From: an uncultured bacterium
GTDB lineage: Bacteria; Lernaellota; Lernaellaia; Lernaellales; Lernaellaceae
DNA length: 19,739 bases
Direction: 5' to 3'
Assembly: GCA_964534375.1 (NCBI GenBank)
Contig: CAZHPN010000117.1
Span: forward strand, 1-19,739
The translations under genes were made by a program, and so were the position numbers. Each line of letters starts with the position of its first letter. Position 1 is the first letter of the stretch. The notes under the pieces were generated by a model. It searched no databases. It was given only the letters and a program-made list of their open reading frames with translations, and was not told where the DNA came from. Shown one piece after another: positions 8,704-17,202 of this stretch.

Positions 8704-9605
8704 GAGACGTGGTGTACGGGCTGTTCGGCCGCACGTGGCGCAATCTCCGCGCCGATTGGTGGGCCAACGTCAGCACGGTCTTTGCGGTCGGCCTGGCGAT
8801 GTCGATCCCGCTCGTGTTCGCGCTGCTCGCCTGGAACCTGGGGCGATTGGTCGATTCCTTCATCGGTCACCTTGAGGTCGTCGCCTACATCTCCGTCGAC
8901 GCCGCCGACACGCAGATTGCCGCGGCCGCCGAGCGCATCCGGCAGATGCCGCCGGTGGAAACGGTGACCGTCGTCACGCGCGAGCAGGCGCTCCAGCGGT
9001 TCGTCGAAGAAATGCCCGACGCCGCGGGGGTGGCGCACGAATTGGGCGACAACCCGCTGCCGCCGAGTTTGGAAATCGTGCTGCGCCCGGCCTACCGCGA
9101 TCTGCCGCCGACCGCCGACTTCACGGCCCAGATCGCCCGGCTGCCCGGCGTGGTCGAGGTGGACGACGGCCGCCAATGGATCGGCCGGCTCAATCGCGTG
9201 CTTCGCTACCTGTGGATGATCACCCTGTTCATGGGTTTGTTTCTCACGCTGGCCTCGGCCTTGCTGGTCGGCCACGCGATTCGGTTGGCGATTTATCGGC
9301 GGCGCGAGGAAATCGGCATCTACCGGTTGGTGGGCGCGACGAATCGGTTTATCCGCGGTCCGTTGCTGTTTGAAGGCTTTGTCCAAGGCGCCGCCGGGGC
9401 GGCAGTCGGTCTGGCGATCTGCGGGGCGTTGTACCGGTACGTCGCGCATCGGCTGCAAACGGGGGATTCGCTGCAACATTGGCTGCTCGGCGGGCCCGAC
9501 CCGCGGTGGTTTCCGCCGCTGATTGTGGCCGCGGCCGCGGCGATCGGCGGTCTGCTCGGGTTGATTGGCTCGTTCGCCTCGACCCGCCGCTTCCTGAGGA
9601 TCTAG
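8700..9605 (+). CDS. ftsX: cell division permease FtsX
   Basis: NPLPPSLEI, RREEIGIYRLVGATNRFIRGPLLFEG; GTGA overlap with ftsE. Confidence 0.95.
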   Translation: MRDVVYGLFGRTWRNLRADWWANVSTVFAVGLAMSIPLVFALLAWNLGRLVDSFIGHLEVVAYISVDAADTQIAAAAERIRQMPPVETVTVVTREQALQRFVEEMPDAAGVAHELGDNPLPPSLEIVLRPAYRDLPPTADFTAQIARLPGVVEVDDGRQWIGRLNRVLRYLWMITLFMGLFLTLASALLVGHAIRLAIYRRREEIGIYRLVGATNRFIRGPLLFEGFVQGAAGAAVGLAICGALYRYVAHRLQTGDSLQHWLLGGPDPRWFPPLIVAAAAAIGGLLGLIGSFASTRRFLRI

Positions 9606-9610
9606 AACCG

Positions 9611-9682
9611 ATGGCGAATGCGAAAAGGGGAACGAAACGCGCGGCGGCGTTCCGCGTTCCGCATTCGCCATTCGCCATTCTC
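9611..9682. repeat. inverted repeat plus heptamer tandem repeats in the envC 5' end
   Basis: ATGGCGAATGCG (9611-9622) vs CGCATTCGCCAT (9660-9671); cgttccg-cgttccg-cattcgc-cattcgc-cattctc at 9648-9682. Confidence 0.75.
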
Positions 9683-10801
9683 CTGCTGCTGGCGGCGCTG
9701 CTGAGCGCGTCGCTGGCGCGGGCGCAGGCGCCGGACGCCGAGGTGGAAAAACGCGTCGCGGCGGAAAAAGACAAACTGCGCGCTGCGATGCACGCCGAGC
9801 AAGGGGCGCTGCGCCAGATTTACGCGATCGACGCCGTGCGATTTCAGCACGAACGGCAATTGCGCCAAGCCAACGACGGTCTGCGCCAGGTGGAAGCCGA
9901 GATCGCCGACGACCAGGCGACGGCCGCCCGGCTCGAAGCCGATTTGCCGATTCGCGGGGCGCACCTGGCCGCGCGCCTGGCGAGCCTCTACCGCATGGGC
10001 CGCGGCGGCTTCTGGAAAGTCTTGTTCTCGAGCGATTCCTACCGGTCCTTTGCGCGGCGTTACCGGGCGCTGCACCGCGTCGTGCAGGCCGACGCCGAGG
10101 CGTTGTCGATGCATCGGGCGCAATTGCTGGCGTTGCGCAGCCGGCGCGACGCGCTCCGGCAACGGCAGGCCCGGCTGGCCGCGTTGCGCGAACAAGCGAA
10201 ACGGGAAATGCTCGACATCGAGGTCGAGAAGCGGAAGAAAACGTTTCTGCTCGACGAGATTCGCGGCAACAAGACGGTCGCCGCCGGGCTCGCCCGCGAT
10301 TTGGCGAAGCAAGACGCCGCCGTCGGCCGCGCCGTCGCGAACCTGGCGCCGGCAGCTTCGCCGCCGAGCGCGGACCGGCCGCCGCTCCTTGACTTTGCGC
10401 AACGCCGGGGTATGCTGCCGACCCCGGTCGCGGGGCCGATTGTGGGGCGTTTCGGCACGCGGTTGCACGAGGAATTCGGCACGCAGACGCGGTCCAACGG
10501 CATCGACATCGGCGCGCCGGCCGGCGCGCCGGTGCGGTCGGTGGCCGAGGGCGTGGTCAGCTACATCGGCGAGTTTCTCGGGTACGGTCGCGTGCTGATC
10601 GTCGATCACGGGCAGCGGTATCACACGCTGTACGCCCATCTGGGCAATTTTGCGCACGCGAAGGGCGATGTCGTTCACCAGGGCGACGTGCTCGGTTCAG
10701 TGGGCGCCGCGGGTTTGTACGCCGAACCCGCGTTGCATTTTGAGATACGTTACAAAGGGGCGGCGATCGATCCCCTCGAATGGTTGTCGCCGTCGCCCTG
10801 A
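9611..10801 (+). CDS. envC: murein hydrolase activator EnvC family (coiled coil + M23 domain)
   Basis: Signal peptide, coiled coil, NGIDI...GYG..LIVDHG..YHTLYAHL...LHFEIR; position after ftsEX. Confidence 0.85.
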   Translation: MANAKRGTKRAAAFRVPHSPFAILLLLAALLSASLARAQAPDAEVEKRVAAEKDKLRAAMHAEQGALRQIYAIDAVRFQHERQLRQANDGLRQVEAEIADDQATAARLEADLPIRGAHLAARLASLYRMGRGGFWKVLFSSDSYRSFARRYRALHRVVQADAEALSMHRAQLLALRSRRDALRQRQARLAALREQAKREMLDIEVEKRKKTFLLDEIRGNKTVAAGLARDLAKQDAAVGRAVANLAPAASPPSADRPPLLDFAQRRGMLPTPVAGPIVGRFGTRLHEEFGTQTRSNGIDIGAPAGAPVRSVAEGVVSYIGEFLGYGRVLIVDHGQRYHTLYAHLGNFAHAKGDVVHQGDVLGSVGAAGLYAEPALHFEIRYKGAAIDPLEWLSPSP

Positions 10802-10815
10802 TTCCGGAGGAATTC

Positions 10816-12141
10816 ATGTCCCGATCCGCGAAGAAAATCGTCGCTCTGCTTATCGTCGTCTCGGCGGTCATGTGCGGTTGGTACGGCGCCGCCCGCGCCG
10901 TGCAGGCGCTGGCGCCGGACGCCCCGGAGTGGGTCCACATCTTCACGGACGTCCTGGGGATCGTGCACGCCAAGTACGTCGAGGACGTATCGCTCCGCGA
11001 TTTGGTTTACGACGCGCTCGACGGCATGCTCACGCACCTGGATCCGCACAGCGCGTTCATGAAACCCGAGGAAATGCAGGAGTTCGTCAACGATACGCGC
11101 GGCTCGTTCGACGGCCTGGGCATCGAAATCACGGTGCGCGACAACTACATCCTGATCGTCAGCCCGATCGACGGCTCGCCCGCGGCCGACGCCGGCCTGC
11201 AGCCGGGGGACTACATCGTCAAAATCGAAAAGGAATCGACCCGCGGTTTGTCGAGCCTCGACGCCGTGAAAAAACTGCGCGGCAAAGCGGGCACGAAAGT
11301 GAAAATTCAGGTGTGGCGCAAAGGCTGGAGCGAGCCGAAGCCCTTTGAGTTGACGCGCGCGCCGATCACCGTGCAGACGATCCGCAGCAAGTCGCTGGAC
11401 AAGGGCTACGGGTACGTCAAAATCACGCAATTCAACCAGACGACCGCCGATAATCTGCGCGACGCGCTCAAAGGCCTCGAGAAGGCCAACGGCAAGCTCG
11501 ACGGTCTGGTTCTCGATTTGCGCAACAACCCGGGCGGCCTGCTCGACCAGGCGATCGCGGTGTCGGACATGTTCGTCGCCTCCGGCCCGATCGTCTTCAC
11601 GCGCGGCCGCGGCGCCTCGCAAGAGTTCGCCGCCGCCGCCTCCGGGACGGCGTCCTACCGCGACGTCCCGATGACGGTGCTGATCAACGCCGGCAGCGCC
11701 AGCGCGTCGGAAATCGTCGCCGGCTGCCTGCAGGATCATCACCGCGCCGTGTTGATCGGCGAACGCAGCTTCGGCAAGGGTTCGGTGCAAACGATCATCC
11801 CGCTCTCGGACGGCAGCGGCCTGCGCCTGACCATCGCGAAGTATTACACGCCGGCGGGCCGCGACATTCAGGCCAAAGGCATCGATCCCGATCTGGCGGT
11901 CGGCGGCGAGCCGTGGTCCGGTCTCGATGAGAACCAGAAAAAATTGATTCGCGAGGCCGACCTCGAACACCATCTCCAAGGCGCGGGCGAAGGCCCGCCG
12001 GTCGGCGGCGAAAGTCCGATCGTTCCCGAAGACGAGGGCAAGAAGGAAAAACAACCCGCGGGAGATCCGCAACTCGACATGGCGCTGCACGTATTGAAAG
12101 CCTGGCCGGCCTTCCAAAAGGCCGCCACGCCCGCCAAATAA
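10816..12141 (+). CDS. ctpA: S41 family carboxyl-terminal processing protease
   Basis: GGAGG RBS; LDPHS, PDZ GLGIEI, LDLRNNPGGLL, SASASEI, GKGSVQ, GIDPD. Confidence 0.92.
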   Translation: MSRSAKKIVALLIVVSAVMCGWYGAARAVQALAPDAPEWVHIFTDVLGIVHAKYVEDVSLRDLVYDALDGMLTHLDPHSAFMKPEEMQEFVNDTRGSFDGLGIEITVRDNYILIVSPIDGSPAADAGLQPGDYIVKIEKESTRGLSSLDAVKKLRGKAGTKVKIQVWRKGWSEPKPFELTRAPITVQTIRSKSLDKGYGYVKITQFNQTTADNLRDALKGLEKANGKLDGLVLDLRNNPGGLLDQAIAVSDMFVASGPIVFTRGRGASQEFAAAASGTASYRDVPMTVLINAGSASASEIVAGCLQDHHRAVLIGERSFGKGSVQTIIPLSDGSGLRLTIAKYYTPAGRDIQAKGIDPDLAVGGEPWSGLDENQKKLIREADLEHHLQGAGEGPPVGGESPIVPEDEGKKEKQPAGDPQLDMALHVLKAWPAFQKAATPAK

Positions 12142-12146
12142 AGCCG

Positions 12147-13460
12147 ATGCTCGACCGGCGCCGGTCCACTTGGCTCGACCGCGTTGGGCGGCAATTGGCC
12201 GGCGCCCCGCCGTCGGTCCGTTTCGCCGTCGCCGTGGCCGGTCTGATTTTCTTTCTCGGCGTCTCGTCGCTGGCGTGGACGGTCGCCGCGGCCCGCCTGG
12301 CGCCGCTCGTCGAAGCCAGCCTGGCCGAGGCGCCCGCGGCCGACGAAACGCGGCCGGCGGCCGCCGGGGCCGCCGAAACGTTCGCCCAGCGCATCGAACG
12401 CGTGACCGACATCGCCAACGGCGTTTTCCTGGATCTGGGCCTGTCGCGGGCCAATTTTCTGACGCGCTATGCCGATCCGCGGCAGTTCGGCGCGCGCAAA
12501 TTCGACTTCATCGTTTGGGAAGTGTGGGTGGCGCCGGATTTCGACGTCACGCAATTGCTCGACCGCCTGCGCGGCAACAAACGCGTCACGGCGGAAAACG
12601 CGCGCCTGGAGAGCGAGCGGATCGACGAAAAGACCGTGGTCGTCAAAGTCTTCCTCGACGGCATCCAAACCCACCAATTGCTGTTCACGAACGCGGCGCA
12701 GGAAGCGCCCGACGGCGCGCGCGTGATGCTGGCCAACGCCCCGGCCGACGCGACGAAAATCGACATCGCCGCCATCCCCCTGGTCAAATATGCGGGGGCG
12801 CCGCGGCTGGCGATCGTCATCGACGACATCGGCTTCCGCGACGCGGTCGACCGGCTGTTCCTGACGTTGCCCGCCAAGGTGACGTTCAGCGTCCTGCCCT
12901 ACGGGCCGACCTCGCAACAGACGGCGGCGCTCGCGCGGCAGCGCGGCCACGAGGTGATGCTGCACTTGCCGATGCAGCCGCTCGACATGCAGGCGCACGA
13001 CCCGGGCGCCGGCAAGTTGCTGTTGTCGATGTCCGCGGCCGAAATTCGCGGGATCGTCGAGAAGGATCTCCAGGAGTTGCCGGACGTCGTTGGCGTCAAC
13101 AACCACATGGGCAGCGCGTTCACGCGCAACCTCGAGAAAATGCAGGCCGCCCTCGGCCCGATCAAGGAACACAACCTGTTCTTCCTCGACTCGCTGACGA
13201 TCGGCAATTCGGTCGCGTTTCGCGCGGCCAAACTTTCCGGCGTGCGCGCCGCGGTCCGCAATTTATTCCTCGATTACGATCCGCGGCTCGAAGCCATCCA
13301 GCGGCAGGTCGATCTGGCGGGCCGCATCGCGCGGGCGCAGGGGCAAGCCATCGTCATCGGCCACCCGTTCCAAAACACCTTCCAGGCGCTGCAGGAAGGT
13401 TTGCCCAAGCTGCTCGCCGACGGCATCGAAATCACACCGGTCGGGCAACTAGCGCAATAG
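12147..13460 (+). CDS. divergent polysaccharide deacetylase family protein (YibQ-like)
   Basis: LAIVIDDIG, EVMLHLPMQP, GVNNHMGS, FFLDSLT, IVIGHP; N-terminal TM. Confidence 0.92.
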   Translation: MLDRRRSTWLDRVGRQLAGAPPSVRFAVAVAGLIFFLGVSSLAWTVAAARLAPLVEASLAEAPAADETRPAAAGAAETFAQRIERVTDIANGVFLDLGLSRANFLTRYADPRQFGARKFDFIVWEVWVAPDFDVTQLLDRLRGNKRVTAENARLESERIDEKTVVVKVFLDGIQTHQLLFTNAAQEAPDGARVMLANAPADATKIDIAAIPLVKYAGAPRLAIVIDDIGFRDAVDRLFLTLPAKVTFSVLPYGPTSQQTAALARQRGHEVMLHLPMQPLDMQAHDPGAGKLLLSMSAAEIRGIVEKDLQELPDVVGVNNHMGSAFTRNLEKMQAALGPIKEHNLFFLDSLTIGNSVAFRAAKLSGVRAAVRNLFLDYDPRLEAIQRQVDLAGRIARAQGQAIVIGHPFQNTFQALQEGLPKLLADGIEITPVGQLAQ

Positions 13461-13461
13461 A

Positions 13462-13541
13462 AGGCTGCGAGGCTGAGGGACTGAACGGCTGAGAGGTCGA
13501 TCGAACCCTTTCAGCCTCGCAGTCTTTCAGCCTCTCAACCT
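13462..13541. repeat. octamer tandem repeats in inverted arrangement between convergent genes; possible terminator
   Basis: aggctgcg/aggctgag/ggactgaa/cggctgag followed by tttcagcc/tcgcagtc/tttcagcc/tctcaacc. Confidence 0.7.
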
Positions 13542-13546
13542 GTTTT

Positions 13547-14167
13547 TCACCCTTCCACCCGCTTCCGCATCGTCTTGACGATGTTCGGCAAATCTCTTTT
13601 GGTGAGATAGTCCTCGATCGTTTTCGGCACCGCGCGGCCGGTGTCCACCGACACGGTGTAATACACGATCGTGCCGTCTTTGTAAGGCTTGAGGCCCCAA
13701 AAGCCGTCGGTGCCGGCGATGTCGTTTTTCTTCGTTTTGTCGAGGGTCCAGGTGATGACGCCGTTCGCGCGATCCACCTTGTGCGTCAGATAGTACGAGA
13801 GTTTGACGAACGCCACTTCGATCTTGAAATTGACATCGACCTGGGCGTCGGTGCGGGTGTACACCTCCGCGGATTTGACGTGCGGCATGAACTGCGGGTA
13901 GTCCTCGTATTTGAGGATCGTATCGATGATCTTGTCTTTGCCCGTCTTGATGTAGCCGATGGCGAGGCCGCCGCCGCGCGTCCGGCCTTGCGCATCCTGG
14001 AACGTCCGGCTTTCGAGAATGATTTCGCCGCTCTCGATTTTGGCGAGATCGGCCGGATTCAGGTCGCGCATTTGCGGGGTCTGCTGCGCGGGCGCAAACC
14101 GCGGCGCGACGCAAATCGCCAGAATCGCCAGCGCGGCGAAGATCGTCAGAAACGCCTGCTTGCTCAT
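13547..14167 (-). CDS. secreted SRPBCC/START (polyketide cyclase-like) domain protein
   Basis: AAAGGA RBS before ATG 14167; signal peptide; YEDYPQFMPHVKSAEV, ITWTLD, GFWGL. Confidence 0.85.
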   Translation of the reverse strand: MSKQAFLTIFAALAILAICVAPRFAPAQQTPQMRDLNPADLAKIESGEIILESRTFQDAQGRTRGGGLAIGYIKTGKDKIIDTILKYEDYPQFMPHVKSAEVYTRTDAQVDVNFKIEVAFVKLSYYLTHKVDRANGVITWTLDKTKKNDIAGTDGFWGLKPYKDGTIVYYTVSVDTGRAVPKTIEDYLTKRDLPNIVKTMRKRVEG

Positions 14168-14201
14168 AACGCATCCTTTCAAAGGGTTCGAACGTCGCGC
14201 G

Positions 14202-14229
14202 ATTGTAAGGGAAACGAGGAATTCGTCAA
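14202..14229 (-). promoter_or_regulatory. putative sigma70 promoter for the SRPBCC gene
   Basis: TTGACG-16 nt-TACAAT. Confidence 0.6.
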
Positions 14230-14255
14230 TTCGGGACGCGCGACACGGTGGGCCT

Positions 14256-14301
14256 CGTCACTCAATCGGTTCGATGCTCGGTCCGTGCGGCGTGTCGCTG
14301 A
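14256..14301. repeat. direct repeat copy 1 (duplicate of cysS-like 3' end)
   Basis: 35 bp identical (14267-14301 = 14985-15019); extends to 46 bp with 3 mismatches and includes the TGA. Confidence 0.95.
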
Positions 14302-14302
14302 C

Positions 14303-14337
14303 TTGACGCAACCGCTACGGTAATCTATTGTGTTACC
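14303..14337 (+). promoter_or_regulatory. TA promoter with overlapping operator-like inverted repeat
   Basis: TTGACG-17 nt-TATTGT; GGTAA(14319-14323)...TTACC(14333-14337) brackets the -10. Confidence 0.6.
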
Positions 14338-14352
14338 CACGGGGGGGCTCGG

Positions 14353-14628
14353 ATGCGCATCAAAGACTTCGACTGGGATGACGGGAATGAGCTGCATTTG
14401 GCCCTCGGTCACGGGATCGAACCCGAAGAAGCTGAGGAGGTCCTCGCGCTGGCGCCCGTGGTTCGGAAGACCAAGAAAGACCATTATGCAGGCTTTGGGC
14501 GCACGGCGGCCGGCAGGCTGTTGGTGATCGTCTTCGAAATGCGCGAGGCGGGACGCGTCCGGGTCATCACTGGCTGGGACATGCGGGACGCCGAACGCCG
14601 TTATTATCGGCAGCGGCGGAAAGGATAG
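14353..14628 (+). CDS. brnT: BrnT family toxin
   Basis: FDWDDGNELHL..HGI...EAEEV, GRT..GRLLVIVF, RVRVITGWDM...ERRYY. Confidence 0.9.
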   Translation: MRIKDFDWDDGNELHLALGHGIEPEEAEEVLALAPVVRKTKKDHYAGFGRTAAGRLLVIVFEMREAGRVRVITGWDMRDAERRYYRQRRKG

Positions 14629-14631
14629 AAA

Positions 14632-14934
14632 ATGAAAAAGAAGACTGAAAAGCAAGCAGATACTGCGGCCTACTATGACCGCCGCGGCGTGCTGGGTGAA
14701 CTGGAAGAAAAGCCGGTTGAATTCGCGCTGGAAGAGGAATTGCGCGAGCAAATCTTAAATGGCCAACGGAAGCGCCGGCTGAAGAACGTGTCCGTAAAAC
14801 TCGACGAGGCGCAAATTATTGCACTGCGAAAAATTGCCACGCTTCGATCCATCCCGTACCAGACTCTGATTCGGCAGTGGCTTTCGGAAGGGATCGCTAA
14901 GGAACTGCATCTGGGCCGTCGGCGCGGGAAATAA
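14632..14934 (+). CDS. BrnA/CopG-like RHH antitoxin
   Basis: C-terminal KNVSVKLD......LRKIA....IPYQTLIRQWL; directly follows brnT. Confidence 0.85.
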   Translation: MKKKTEKQADTAAYYDRRGVLGELEEKPVEFALEEELREQILNGQRKRRLKNVSVKLDEAQIIALRKIATLRSIPYQTLIRQWLSEGIAKELHLGRRRGK

Positions 14935-14973
14935 GACGCCGCAGGATTGCCGACCGCGATTAGTATTCGGCGG

Positions 14974-15019
14974 CGTCATTCGACCGGTTCGATGCTCGGT
15001 CCGTGCGGCGTGTCGCTGA
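14974..15019. repeat. direct repeat copy 2 (3' end of cysS-like CDS)
   Basis: Matches 14256-14301. Confidence 0.95.
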
Positions 15020-16379
15020 TCTGGAAGCCGCGCTGGCGCAATTCGTCGCGGATCGCGTCGGCGGCAGTGTAATCGCCGGCGGCGCGGGCCGTTTCCCGGC
15101 GGGCCAGCAATTCCTCGATTTCGCGATCGAGTTGGTCGTCGGCGAAATCGAAGACGCCGAGCACCGCATCGATGCGGTAGAGCGTGGCCAGGGCGTCGCG
15201 GGCGTCGGCGCGCGACAGCGGCTGTTCGGCTTGCAGGGCGTTGGTCTTGCGCACGAAGTCGCCGAAGACGGCCATCGCCGCGGAAATGTTGAGATCGTCG
15301 TCGAGCGCGGCGAAGAAATCGCTCTCGGCCTTCATCGCCAGCGCGGCCAGTTCGGGATGCCGTTTGGCGCCGCGCGCATGCCTGAGGCGGCGGGCGAACC
15401 CGTCGATCCGTGCGAGCGCCGCGCGGGCCTGCTCGAGGCCCTCCTCGCTGTATTGCAGCGGCTGGCGGTAGTGGCACGAAATCATCCAGAAGCGCAGCAG
15501 CCGGCCGTCGAAACCGGCCTCGCGCAGGTCGCGCACGGTTTTCATGTTGCCGGAAAAGGCGCTCATTTTCTTGCCGCCGGCGTACACCAATTCGCTGTGC
15601 AGCCACGTGTGCGCGGGCGGCTGGCCGGTCAGCGCGGAAACGATCGCGATCTCGTTCTCGTGGTGCGGAAACGCCAGATCGCGGGTCGATACGTGCAGAT
15701 CGAATTTCAGGCCGAGGTAGTGCGTGCTCATCGCGGCGCACTGCACGTGCCACCCGGGCCGCACGTTTCCCCATTCCGACTTGACGCCGATGCCGCGCCG
15801 CAACTCGGCCAGGTCGCAGCGCTTGAACATGACGAAATCCCGCGGGTCGTCCTTCTCGTAGTCGTCCAGGTCGACCGTGGAGCCCACGCGGATTTTATCC
15901 GGATTGACGCCCGAGAACCGGCCGTAGCCGCGCGTCTTGCTCACGTCGAAGTAGACGTTGCGCAGCATCTCGTAACAGTAACCCGCCTGCATCAGCTTGC
16001 GGGTGAGTTCCAGCATTTGCTCGATGTGGTCGCTCGTGCGCGGCGTGTAATCGGCGGGCAGCACGCCCAGCGTCTCCATGTCGTCGAAAAACGCCTGCTC
16101 GAAGCGGCGCGTGTGCGTCCGCAGGTCTTCGCCGGCCTCGGCGCTGGCGGCGATCGTGCGGTCGTCGAGATCGGTGATGTTCATGACGTGCACGACGCGG
16201 TAACCGCGCACGAGCAGCACGCGCTTGATCAGGTCGTTGACGACGATCCGCCGCGCCAGGCTCAGGTGCACGTGCGCATCCACCGTCGGGCCGTCGGCGT
16301 ACATCTTGACCACGCCCGGTTCGAGCGAGTGAAACGTCTGCACGCGGCGCGTCAGCACATTGCGGAATTTCAGGGCCAT
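14976..16379 (-). CDS. cysS: cysteinyl-tRNA synthetase-like protein with degenerate catalytic motifs
   Basis: GPTV, NITD, RPGWH..C, FPHHENE, HYR.PL, DDDLN, AADAIRDEL retained; HIGH becomes HLSL, KMSKS becomes KMSAF, MYVCG becomes MYADG. Confidence 0.85.
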   Translation of the reverse strand: MALKFRNVLTRRVQTFHSLEPGVVKMYADGPTVDAHVHLSLARRIVVNDLIKRVLLVRGYRVVHVMNITDLDDRTIAASAEAGEDLRTHTRRFEQAFFDDMETLGVLPADYTPRTSDHIEQMLELTRKLMQAGYCYEMLRNVYFDVSKTRGYGRFSGVNPDKIRVGSTVDLDDYEKDDPRDFVMFKRCDLAELRRGIGVKSEWGNVRPGWHVQCAAMSTHYLGLKFDLHVSTRDLAFPHHENEIAIVSALTGQPPAHTWLHSELVYAGGKKMSAFSGNMKTVRDLREAGFDGRLLRFWMISCHYRQPLQYSEEGLEQARAALARIDGFARRLRHARGAKRHPELAALAMKAESDFFAALDDDLNISAAMAVFGDFVRKTNALQAEQPLSRADARDALATLYRIDAVLGVFDFADDQLDREIEELLARRETARAAGDYTAADAIRDELRQRGFQISDTPHGPSIEPVE

Positions 16380-16391
16380 ACCGCCGTACCC

Positions 16392-16811
16392 CTAACGACT
16401 GGTGTTCGGTCGCGCCAACGCCTCGAGAACGGCGTGGCGCGCCATTTCGGCAAGCCGCACAGCTTCGACGGCGTCGTCCTCCGACAACGACGGCAAATCT
16501 CCGGGATAGCGGTCGGTGACGCTACACGGATCCAGCGCGGTGCATTCCTGCAACGATGCGGCCAGCGCCGGGTCGGCTTCCGCCGGCAAATCGAGCAACA
16601 GACCCAGCATGTGCGTTTTCGGGAACTCAATCTCGTGGGCCGCCAGCGCTGCCGTGAGGTGTTTTTCCACTGACTGTTGCGCGTGAAAACCGATCGCCGC
16701 AAGATACGGCGTGTTCTCACTCAATAAAAAAGCGGCGACGCGGTAGTCCTCGTCGGCTTTGACCAGCCGCTGTTGAACAAGTTCGGCGCGGACCTGTTCA
16801 AGCGGCTTCAT
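16392..16811 (-). CDS. HEPN domain protein
   Basis: KADEDY..A, FHAQQSVEK.L, FPKTH.L..L, DRYP; start overlaps the MNT 3' end. Confidence 0.88.
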   Translation of the reverse strand: MKPLEQVRAELVQQRLVKADEDYRVAAFLLSENTPYLAAIGFHAQQSVEKHLTAALAAHEIEFPKTHMLGLLLDLPAEADPALAASLQECTALDPCSVTDRYPGDLPSLSEDDAVEAVRLAEMARHAVLEALARPNTSR

Positions 16812-17118
16812 AAATGACGACGCCTTTCTTGTTGGCGGGAAACGCAATCCCGCCGATCACATCCTTGGTTTCCTCAAAGCGCTCGGCCGTCATGACGATG
16901 ACGTCGAACGGCACACCCATTCCGCGCAGCGCATTGAGGATTCGCACCGTCTCGCCCCGCGGGTCGAAGGCGCCGTTTTCGAGAACCAGCAAGTCAATGT
17001 CGCTATCGTCGTTCGTCTCGCCCGCGGCGGCCGAGCCGAATAAAATAATTCGCGCCGGTTGGGCCACGCCCGTGATGCGGCGAACGATTTCGTTTTTCAG
17101 CGCGGGATCGACGCCCAT
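16798..17118 (-). CDS. minimal nucleotidyltransferase (MNT)
   Basis: ILFGS-X10-DIDLLV and PFDVIV motifs. Confidence 0.9.
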   Translation of the reverse strand: MGVDPALKNEIVRRITGVAQPARIILFGSAAAGETNDDSDIDLLVLENGAFDPRGETVRILNALRGMGVPFDVIVMTAERFEETKDVIGGIAFPANKKGVVIYEAA

Positions 17119-17202
17119 CGTGATTCGCCTTTCGCCTAACGTCCAAGTTAATGCCAAAGTTTTTGTAGAATAAATCCGAACGCTTGGCAACCTGAACGCG
17201 GC

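Noticed and set aside
7210..13172. Long antisense ORFs (7210..8643, 8283..9671, 10750..12117, 11868..13172)
   Set aside because: Shadow ORFs typical of high-GC DNA opposite well-supported genes
8029..13460. ftsE-ftsX-envC-ctpA-deacetylase cluster as a novel system
   Set aside because: Well-known conserved arrangement
14256..15019. Direct repeats as CRISPR or IS ends
   Set aside because: Only two copies 718 bp apart, one is coding sequence; no cas or transposase gene
14976..16379. MshC (mycothiol ligase) or pseudogene call
   Set aside because: Keeps the anticodon-binding C-terminus that MshC lacks and has lost the ATP motifs MshC needs; ORF is intact
15003..16673. 556-aa plus-strand ORF
   Set aside because: Antisense shadow of the cysS-like and HEPN genes, no motifs
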